Source: Puniceicoccales bacterium (GTDB taxonomy: Bacteria > Verrucomicrobiota > Verrucomicrobiia > Opitutales > JAIRKQ01). From it: a stretch of DNA of 64,000 nt. Position 1 is the stretch's first letter; every line of letters starts with the position of its first letter. Shown one piece after another: positions 57,489 through 64,000 of this stretch. The stretch lies in assembly GCA_031268175.1 (NCBI GenBank), contig JAIRXR010000011.1, positions 115,659-179,658 of the forward strand. The letters are read 5' to 3'. The notes beneath the pieces are model-generated. The model searched no databases. It saw only the letters and a program-made list of their open reading frames with translations, and was not told where the DNA came from. The position numbers and the translations under genes were made by a program.

Positions 57489-59009
57489 ATGGCCACGAGT
57501 CAACAGGCATCGGCAAATGCGTCAAAAAAAAACGCCATCTCTCCGGCCCGCGCGGAGAATTTTCCCGAGTGGTATCAGCAAGTAATCAAAGCCGCTGACC
57601 TGGCAGACAATAGCCCGGTGCGCGGATGCATGGTCATTCGCCCCTGGGGGTACGCCATCTGGGAGCTGGTGCAAAAGCGCCTCGACGCAATGTTCAAGGC
57701 AATGGGGCACCAAAACGCCTATTTTCCACTGTTCATACCGCTTGGGTACTTCGAAAGGGAAGCAAGGCACGTGGAAGGATTTGCCAAGGAATGCGCCATC
57801 GTTACCCATACGCGCTTGCAGCCAGACGGCAAAGGTGGCTTGAAGCCAGCCGCAGCGCTGGAAGAACCGCTGATCGTTCGCCCGACTTCCGAAACCATAA
57901 TCGGAGAAATGTTTTCAAAGTGGGTGCACTCGTACCGCGATCTGCCGCTGAAAATTAACCAATGGGCGAACGTCGTGCGCTGGGAAATGCGCCCGCGAAT
58001 GTTTTTGCGCACCACAGAATTTCTATGGCAGGAGGGGCATACTGTGCATGCAATCGGCGAAGAAGCCCAAAAGGAGGCGCTGGACATGCTCGAATGCTAT
58101 AGAACTTTCGCGGAGAATTACATGGCGATGCCAGTGATCTGCGGGCAAAAATCGGAATCGGAAAAGTTTCCCGGAGCTGTCTCAACGTTCACGATCGAAG
58201 CAATGATGCAGGATGGCAAAGCTTTGCAGGCTGGCACTTCCCACTTTTTGGGGCAAAATTTTGCCAAATCTTCTGGCATAAAATTTGTCAGCGAAAGTGG
58301 ACGCGAGGAATTCGGATGGACGACGTCCTGGGGCGTTACAACGCGCCTGATCGGTGGTCTGATTATGACGCACTCCGATGACGACGGCCTAGTACTTCCG
58401 CCGCAGCTGGCGCCGCTGCAGATTGTGATCTTGCCCATTTACAGGGAAGACTCCAAAGCGGAGGTCCTGGATTACTGCAAAAATCTATTCTCTGAGCTAT
58501 CGGAAATCGCATTCGGCGGCGAAAAACTACGTGTGAAAATCGACGATCGCGACATCCGCGGCGGTGAAAAATCATGGGAATTCATAAAAAAGGGCGTTCC
58601 CATGCGCATCGAAATCGGCCCACGCGACATTCAAAGCGGGACGCTCTGCGTGTGTAGGCGCGATAGATCTCCGAGCGAAAAGGAATTCGTCGGCAGGAAG
58701 GAGTTTGCAAATTCCATCGGCGAAGTGTTGGGCGCCATGCAAAGTACGCTGTTCCAGCGCGCAAAAAAATACCGCGATGAAAATTCGCAGCGCGTGAACT
58801 CCGCGGATGAATTATTTGAATTTTTCAATGGCTGTAATCCGGGCTTTGCCTACGCGCACTTGCACTGCGACGGCGCCACCGAGGAACGCGTGAAGAAGGA
58901 TTTTGGAGCGACCATTCGCTGCCTACCGTTCGAAGAAACGGAATCCGGCACTTGCATTTTCACCGGAAAGTCGAGTGAGCAAAGGGTCATCCTGGCAAGG
59001 AGCTACTAG
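57489..59009 (+). CDS. proS: proline--tRNA ligase (archaeal/eukaryote-like type, no INS editing domain)
   Basis: Starts ...ENFPEWYQQVIKAADL... Class II motifs. ~506 aa without the bacterial insertion domain. C-terminal domain ends in ...ARSY (terminal Tyr). Confidence 0.9.
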   Translation: MATSQQASANASKKNAISPARAENFPEWYQQVIKAADLADNSPVRGCMVIRPWGYAIWELVQKRLDAMFKAMGHQNAYFPLFIPLGYFEREARHVEGFAKECAIVTHTRLQPDGKGGLKPAAALEEPLIVRPTSETIIGEMFSKWVHSYRDLPLKINQWANVVRWEMRPRMFLRTTEFLWQEGHTVHAIGEEAQKEALDMLECYRTFAENYMAMPVICGQKSESEKFPGAVSTFTIEAMMQDGKALQAGTSHFLGQNFAKSSGIKFVSESGREEFGWTTSWGVTTRLIGGLIMTHSDDDGLVLPPQLAPLQIVILPIYREDSKAEVLDYCKNLFSELSEIAFGGEKLRVKIDDRDIRGGEKSWEFIKKGVPMRIEIGPRDIQSGTLCVCRRDRSPSEKEFVGRKEFANSIGEVLGAMQSTLFQRAKKYRDENSQRVNSADELFEFFNGCNPGFAYAHLHCDGATEERVKKDFGATIRCLPFEETESGTCIFTGKSSEQRVILARSY

Positions 59010-59100
59010 ATTTCGGCCACCGCTCTTCGCCACACACGTCTAAAATCGGCTTGCAATGTGTGAAATTTTCAATCCGATCTACCCCGTGGCGATGGCCATT

Positions 59101-59177
59101 CGGGGCGTAGCTTAGCCTGGCAGAGCGTTACGTTAGGGACGTAAAGGTCGCTGGTTCAAATCCAGTCGCCCCGACCA
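59101..59177 (+). tRNA. tRNA-Pro with anticodon AGG (A34)
   Basis: Cloverleaf: acceptor CGGGGCG/CGCCCCG, D arm GCTT-AGCCTGGCA-GAGC, perfect 5-bp anticodon stem TTACG/CGTAA with loop TTAGGGA (anticodon 59135-59137), T arm GCTGG-TTCAAAT-CCAGT, discriminator A, encoded CCA. The acceptor is Pro-like. Confidence 0.8.
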
Positions 59178-59243
59178 TCGGGTTTTGGAGCGTTCTCGCC
59201 GGCGTCGGATCACTTTGGCGTTGAAAATTTTGCCCTTTGGTCC

Positions 59244-60557
59244 ATGAGTTTACCCATGTCCACATTTCAGACACTGCCGGGATTTAGAGAGTTCTATCCA
59301 GGAGACTGTGCCGTCAGAAATTTCATCTTCGACCACTTTCGGCGAACGGCGAAATCGTTTGCCTTCGAGGAATACGATGCCCCCATCATCGAGCCCATGG
59401 AACTGTTCACCGCAAAATCCGGCGATGAAATCGTCTCCCAGCTGTTCAATTTCGAGGACAGGGGCGGGCGACAAATTTCAATGCGGCCGGAGCTGACGCC
59501 GTCGCTTGTCAAAATGATCGGCAATAGGGCGAATGCTATGAAAAAGCCGATAAAATGGTTCAACATCGGAGAACAATTCCGCTACGAGCGGCCGCAGAAG
59601 GGAAGGCTCCGCTCATTTTACCAATTTAATGCCGATATCATAGGAGACGATTCGCCGGGCGCGGACGCTGAAATCGTCGCCCTTGCCATTCAAACGCTGC
59701 GAAATTTTGCGCTGACGCGGAGCGATTTTCGCGTACGCCTTAGCGATCGCAAGCTATGGGCGGCATTTTTCGAGTCTCACGGCTTAGATGGCACCGATAC
59801 CCAGGCCGCGCTGGTCGCAATTGACAAAAGCGAACGCGAAGGCGAGGCAAAGACGCTGGAAGCCGTGGAAAAAATTTGCCCATCCAACGCCGGGAAAATT
59901 TTCGAAGGAATTCAAAGGCTCAAAAATGTGCATTCGCCGCGGGACCTGGAAAAATTCTGCGCAACTTGTGAAAATTTAGCCGACGCTGCCAGCGGATGCG
60001 CCGAGTTTTTTGCACTGCTGAAGCGCATGGATGAGTTTGGCCTGTCGGACTTTGTGACCATTGATTTCGGCGTAGTCCGCGGCCTGGCGTATTACACGGG
60101 GTTCGTCTTCGAAATATTCGAAAATTCCGGCCAATCGCGCGCGCTGGCCGGAGGTGGAAGATACGACAATCTGTTTGGGAAGCTCGGCTATTCCGGCCTG
60201 CCTGCCGTTGGATTTGCAATCGGTGATGTCACCCTGGGCAACCTCCTAGGCGAAAAAAATCTCATCCCGCCACTGCCAAGGGAAGTACGCTGCTTCATAG
60301 TCTACACCGAGCAGACGGAAAAAATTGCCATGGCGAAAGTGATTGCTCTCCGCGAACGCAACGTTGACGTTGACTATTGCCTAAGCCCCACAAGCTTTGG
60401 CAAACAGCTGAAAGCCGCTTCCCAAGTCGGTGCGAAATTTGCCATAATTTTCGGAGACGAAGAGGTGAAGGCCAACGGCGTAAAGATCAAAAACATGCTA
60501 AGCGGCGAAGAGAAGCCCGTTGAAATCAGCAAACTCGCGGAAGTGATTTCCCAATGA
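59244..60557 (+). CDS. hisS: histidine--tRNA ligase
   Basis: Class II motifs (…MRPELTPS…, FQFNADIIG, GGGRYDNL) and an anticodon-binding C-terminus. Confidence 0.95.
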   Translation: MSLPMSTFQTLPGFREFYPGDCAVRNFIFDHFRRTAKSFAFEEYDAPIIEPMELFTAKSGDEIVSQLFNFEDRGGRQISMRPELTPSLVKMIGNRANAMKKPIKWFNIGEQFRYERPQKGRLRSFYQFNADIIGDDSPGADAEIVALAIQTLRNFALTRSDFRVRLSDRKLWAAFFESHGLDGTDTQAALVAIDKSEREGEAKTLEAVEKICPSNAGKIFEGIQRLKNVHSPRDLEKFCATCENLADAASGCAEFFALLKRMDEFGLSDFVTIDFGVVRGLAYYTGFVFEIFENSGQSRALAGGGRYDNLFGKLGYSGLPAVGFAIGDVTLGNLLGEKNLIPPLPREVRCFIVYTEQTEKIAMAKVIALRERNVDVDYCLSPTSFGKQLKAASQVGAKFAIIFGDEEVKANGVKIKNMLSGEEKPVEISKLAEVISQ

Positions 60558-60892
60558 CAGACTCCGAAGGCAGCATCGCGTGCGCCACTGAATATTTTTG
60601 GGATATTCTAAAGGGTGTCTACGATCCGGAAATCGGCGTAAACATAGTAGACTTGGGGATGGTTTACGCCGTGGATTTGAAGAGTGCTGACGGCGAAAAA
60701 TTCGACGTGACCATCGAAATGACGCTGACTTCACCATGGTGCCCACTTGCAGACACCATAGCGGACGAGGTAAAAGCCGCGATTGGGAACACGGGAAAAT
60801 GTTCAAATGTGGCCGTAAGCTTTGTCTTCGACCCTCCCTGGCACATCGACATGATAACAACCGAAGGAAAAATGCAGTTGGGCATATTTTAA
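60554..60892 (+). CDS. DUF59/MIP18-family Fe-S cluster assembly protein (SufT/PaaD-like)
   Basis: YDPEIGVNIVDLGMVY...TLTSPWCPLAD motif. ATGA overlap with hisS. Confidence 0.75.
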   Translation: MTDSEGSIACATEYFWDILKGVYDPEIGVNIVDLGMVYAVDLKSADGEKFDVTIEMTLTSPWCPLADTIADEVKAAIGNTGKCSNVAVSFVFDPPWHIDMITTEGKMQLGIF

Positions 60893-60975
60893 TCCTTGCA
60901 TAGGCATAAGTTTTTTGCTATTTTTTACAGAAATTTATAGATTAGTTGGAGCAGTTTAATAATTTAAGGACGTAA

Positions 60976-61461
60976 ATGAGCAGCAGTAAAACAAAAGTTG
61001 AAGATGCGTTGAGCAATCTGGCGTTGCGGTTGAAGCTGGAGTCGTTGAAACTCAACGATCGCGACGAAACCTATTTGCTATTTGATCAAAAATTTCACGT
61101 GACGTGTGTGTTTGACGAAGAAAAGGACGAATTCATTCTCACATCCATCGTCGGAGATTTGGCAAAAAACTCGATTGAGGCCTACAAAAAGCTACTCAAT
61201 GACAATTTTTTCTGGGCTGGCACGGCGGGGTCGCGCCTGTTCCTCGATCCCGGGAGCGGCGACGAACCGGACACAATCACAATAAAGGAAACCATTCCCG
61301 TCGCAATGTTCGACGAGGAGCGGCTCTACGAGCGCATGGAAGATTTTGTGAACGCGGTCGAATATTGGAGCACTGAATATCCAAAATTGAGCCAGGGCGG
61401 TGGTGTGGCGGTGGCAGCTCCGCAGGTGAGCATCTCTGACTTCGGCATGATGAGCGCATAG
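60976..61461 (+). CDS. type III secretion class I chaperone-like protein (CesT/SycE family pattern)
   Basis: 161 aa, acidic. The layout follows the class I chaperone pattern: N-terminal helix (LSNLALRLKLESL), L.DRDETYLLFDQKFHVTCVFDEE.DEFILTSIVGDL, LL..NFFWAGTAG.RLFLDP, then ...ERMEDFVNAVEYW. Confidence 0.55.
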   Translation: MSSSKTKVEDALSNLALRLKLESLKLNDRDETYLLFDQKFHVTCVFDEEKDEFILTSIVGDLAKNSIEAYKKLLNDNFFWAGTAGSRLFLDPGSGDEPDTITIKETIPVAMFDEERLYERMEDFVNAVEYWSTEYPKLSQGGGVAVAAPQVSISDFGMMSA

Positions 61462-61475
61462 GCGTCCAAATTTTC

Positions 61476-62075
61476 ATGTGTGCGTTGGTTGATTCGTGGT
61501 TGGTCGGCTTGAAGAGGGCTCCTATCTTGCATTCCGCGCGGCTGTTGCTACGCCCGGTGTGCGTCGGCGACGTTGTGCACATTCAGAGCAGCATAGACGA
61601 CAAGCGCGTGTGCGACAATCTGTCCTATGTGCCACACCCATACACAGTGGAAATGGCGGAAACCTGGACGCGCAACGTAAACTTCGGGATGGCCAATGGG
61701 TCCTGCTGCTACTGGACGATATGCGACCAAAAAACCGAAGAATTCATTGGATCGATGGGTCTGAGCATACACAATGAACAGGACGGTTGCGAAATGCACT
61801 ACTGGGTGAACGCCGACCAGTGGAACAAGGGCTATTGCACTGAGGCCGCCAAGCGCACAATCGTGCACGCCTTTGAAGATATCGGAATGCACAGGGTATT
61901 CATTACGCACCGCGAAAACGGCCTGGCGTCGAAGACGGTGATTAAAAAATGTGGATTTGTCCTAGAGGGTATCCTGCGGGACTCGCTGAAGCGCTTCGGC
62001 AAATTTGAAAACGTTGCAACATATAGCATGCTGCACGACGAATATCTTGCCATGAAAAAAAATGGTCTATACTAG
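61476..62075 (+). CDS. GNAT family N-acetyltransferase (RimJ/RimL-like)
   Basis: …ARLLLRPV…, …WNKGYCTEAAKRTIVHAFEDIGMHRVF…N..S..V..K.GF..EG (acetyl-CoA binding region). Confidence 0.8.
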   Translation: MCALVDSWLVGLKRAPILHSARLLLRPVCVGDVVHIQSSIDDKRVCDNLSYVPHPYTVEMAETWTRNVNFGMANGSCCYWTICDQKTEEFIGSMGLSIHNEQDGCEMHYWVNADQWNKGYCTEAAKRTIVHAFEDIGMHRVFITHRENGLASKTVIKKCGFVLEGILRDSLKRFGKFENVATYSMLHDEYLAMKKNGLY

Positions 62076-62081
62076 CGGCCG

Positions 62082-63167
62082 ATGAGACTGCTGCACCGAT
62101 ACGTGCTGCGACAGTGGCTGGCTACGTTTCTGTGTACGCACGCCGTGTTGACATGCCTCCTGCTGCTGGAGGATGTGTACAAAAATCTCGAATACTTTCT
62201 GAAAGCCAAGGTAACACTGGCGGCACTGGCGACGTACCATGCGTTTCTGGCGGCGTCGTTTTTTCCACTGATTACTCCAGTGGCAATCTTCGTGTCAGTT
62301 CTGTTGTCCCTCGGCCAGCTGTATGGAAGGAATGAAATTACGGCGATGAAATCCGTCGGCATACACATTCTAGAAGTGTGCAAACCGCTTGCCGTGAGCA
62401 CCGCGGTGCTCGCGGCGATCAATTTAATTTTCGAAGCCGCTGTGATGCCAGCAGCCACCGACTACGTAGCGGCATTTAGAACACGCACCGACGCAAAAAT
62501 CGGCTACGCAACGGTTGCCAAGAAAATTGGGTTCTACAATCACCGGGACAACCGAATATGGTGTATGAAAAGCTTGGACAAACTGTCCTACGAAGCAAAG
62601 GATGTCCTCATCAGCTGCTACAACGAAAGCGGCCAAGAGGAGTTGCGCATACATGCGCAGGCGGCAAAGTTTCTTCCCGTGGAAAACTTTTGGCACTTTC
62701 AAAATTGCAGCCTAACGGCGTTCGACACTGGAACAGGATCGCCAAAAAGCGTTGACCTATTTACGGAAAAGGATTTCGAAAATTTCCGCGAACACCCAAA
62801 AATGATCATATCATCGCTGAAAAAAACGAGGGACCTGTCCTTTCACGATGTGAAAACTCTGCTGGAATACGCCGGAACGGATTCCGTGGCGAACGCCTTC
62901 CGCGTGAGATTCCACGGCACATTCGCCAATGCTGCAAACTGCATAATCGTTATGTTTTTGGCAATTCCATTCGCCGTAACCGGTGCAAAAATCAAACCAC
63001 TCATCCGTACGGCAAAGGCGTGCGTGTTTTTGCTGCTGTTCCTCGTGCTGGACACGCTATTCGCGCTGCTTGGCAACGGAGGCGTATTGTCCCCAGCGGT
63101 TGCCGCCTGGGCGGCGAACGCCGTGATCCTACTTCCCATCGCGGGATTACTCCGCACAGCCATGTAA
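62082..63167 (+). CDS. LptF/LptG family LPS export permease
   Basis: N-terminal MRLLHRYVLRQWL..., six TM segments with a central periplasmic beta-jellyroll-sized insert, 361 aa. Confidence 0.8.
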   Translation: MRLLHRYVLRQWLATFLCTHAVLTCLLLLEDVYKNLEYFLKAKVTLAALATYHAFLAASFFPLITPVAIFVSVLLSLGQLYGRNEITAMKSVGIHILEVCKPLAVSTAVLAAINLIFEAAVMPAATDYVAAFRTRTDAKIGYATVAKKIGFYNHRDNRIWCMKSLDKLSYEAKDVLISCYNESGQEELRIHAQAAKFLPVENFWHFQNCSLTAFDTGTGSPKSVDLFTEKDFENFREHPKMIISSLKKTRDLSFHDVKTLLEYAGTDSVANAFRVRFHGTFANAANCIIVMFLAIPFAVTGAKIKPLIRTAKACVFLLLFLVLDTLFALLGNGGVLSPAVAAWAANAVILLPIAGLLRTAM

Positions 63168-63180
63168 AACCGCCGCAAAA

Positions 63181-63714
63181 ATGCACAGCATCAGCGTCAT
63201 AGATTTCGAGGGAAACAAGGGGCTGGGAATTTTCGAATTTGGCGTGGTGACGCTGCTGGATTTTGAAATAATTTCCACGCGTACGGAATTTTGCCAGGGC
63301 ACTTTTCACGAGCATTTGGAATATTTTCTTTCACTGCGTAGAACCGGCCTGCTGGGCGCACACTCCGCCCAGACGGAGGATGGTTTGCTGCGCCATTACT
63401 GGGCATCTCCCGGGCTGGTTCCAACTTTTGCCGGCGGCCAAATGGTGCCGTCATGGGGGCCGTGGGCGGACACGAAATTGATCCATAGAAAGCTATTTCC
63501 GCAGCTACAATCCTACGAATTGGAGGATTTGGTAGCCTCATTTGCGCTGTTCCCGGAATTGGAAAAATTGGCAAAAAAATACTGCTGCCCAGGCGGCACG
63601 AAATTTCACAGTGCCCTATTCGATGCCCTCGCAACTTCATTGCTGCTTCAAAACTTACAAAAGAATTTCGCCAATGTTTCCCTGGAAACGCTGCTGGCAA
63701 TTTGCGAAAAATAA
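63181..63714 (+). CDS. DEDDh 3'-5' exonuclease domain protein (DnaQ-like, stand-alone)
   Basis: Exo I VIDFEGN (D..E) and Exo III HSALFDALATSLL (H....D). 177 aa. Confidence 0.6.
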   Translation: MHSISVIDFEGNKGLGIFEFGVVTLLDFEIISTRTEFCQGTFHEHLEYFLSLRRTGLLGAHSAQTEDGLLRHYWASPGLVPTFAGGQMVPSWGPWADTKLIHRKLFPQLQSYELEDLVASFALFPELEKLAKKYCCPGGTKFHSALFDALATSLLLQNLQKNFANVSLETLLAICEK

Positions 63715-64000
63715 TGGCAAAAACTAGTTTTCATTGCCAAGAACCGACCATCGCACTGCATGCGTCGCATGGTCGCCAGTGTAACAACAAATTTATCTAA
63801 CAATTGGAAACGCAAATAGCGCTGTGAGCACATGTCGTGGCGAACCGGTACGTGTTTCCAATTTTACATGCTAAACGGCGTTGCATATTGCAAAAATCTT
63901 AGCTTCGCAGTTGTTCCAAGCAAAAGAAATACCGTTGAGCTTTTATCGTATATAAAAAACAAAACTTATTTTTTATTGACAATTTAATTTTGACGATGTT

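Noticed and set aside
61476-62075. The GNAT acetyltransferase as the effector partner of the adjacent T3SS chaperone-like gene
   Set aside because: The RimJ/RimL-like core starts ~20 residues from the N-terminus (…ARLLLRPV…). That leaves no room for a chaperone-binding domain, so it looks like a housekeeping acetyltransferase.
1-64000. CRISPR arrays, insertion sequences, integrases, prophage genes and rRNA operons
   Set aside because: I saw no regularly spaced direct repeats, no transposase-, integrase- or RT-like translations in the ORF track, and no rRNA-like conserved stretches.

Overview
This is a gene-dense chromosomal segment of a diderm (Gram-negative-type) bacterium, with about 70 CDS and 3 tRNAs. 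Many neighbouring genes share 4-nt ATGA/GTGA start-stop overlaps. All calls come from reading the ORF translations and the DNA by eye (motif recall); no searches were run. Most of the window is housekeeping: dnaB, bamA, clpX, mutL, nusB, rsmI, ndk, a polar amino-acid ABC transporter, an M3 peptidase, cysS, gmk, rpmH-rnpA, pgpA, rseP, ispG, prmA, clpP, trxA, secG, tsf-rpsB, tsaD, cmk, glmS, uppP, rpmB, serS, feoB, proS, hisS and an lptF/G-family permease. rpmH is shorter than 60 aa and is missing from the ORF track. The accessory content is: (i) an orphan type III secretion module (SctD/YscD-like ring protein, a YscE-like small protein and an unknown acidic ORF), preceded by a small CBM20-like protein; (ii) a lone CesT-type T3SS chaperone-like gene about 48 kb away; (iii) a four-gene pseudopilin cluster (GspG-like x2 plus two minor pseudopilins), whose first gene was copied in tandem together with the 3' end of ispG, leaving a frameshifted ispG relic; (iv) a prepilin peptidase about 14 kb from that cluster. 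Other oddities are a tRNA-Pro with an AGG (A34) anticodon just downstream of an archaeal/eukaryote-type ProRS, a phosphofructokinase-fold protein with all recalled catalytic motifs degenerate, a MutL lacking the endonuclease motifs, a split secreted-protein ORF at a T5 run, several orphan proteins (an RG-rich 526-aa protein and a repeat-containing 306-aa protein), and marked enrichment of AAAATTTT/AnTn words. I saw no CRISPR array, rRNA, transposase, integrase or phage genes, and I cannot point to a clearly new multi-gene system. Scattered T3SS genes, T2SS-type pseudopilins and a compact layout fit a host-associated, possibly PVC-like lineage, but taxonomy cannot be established by eye.
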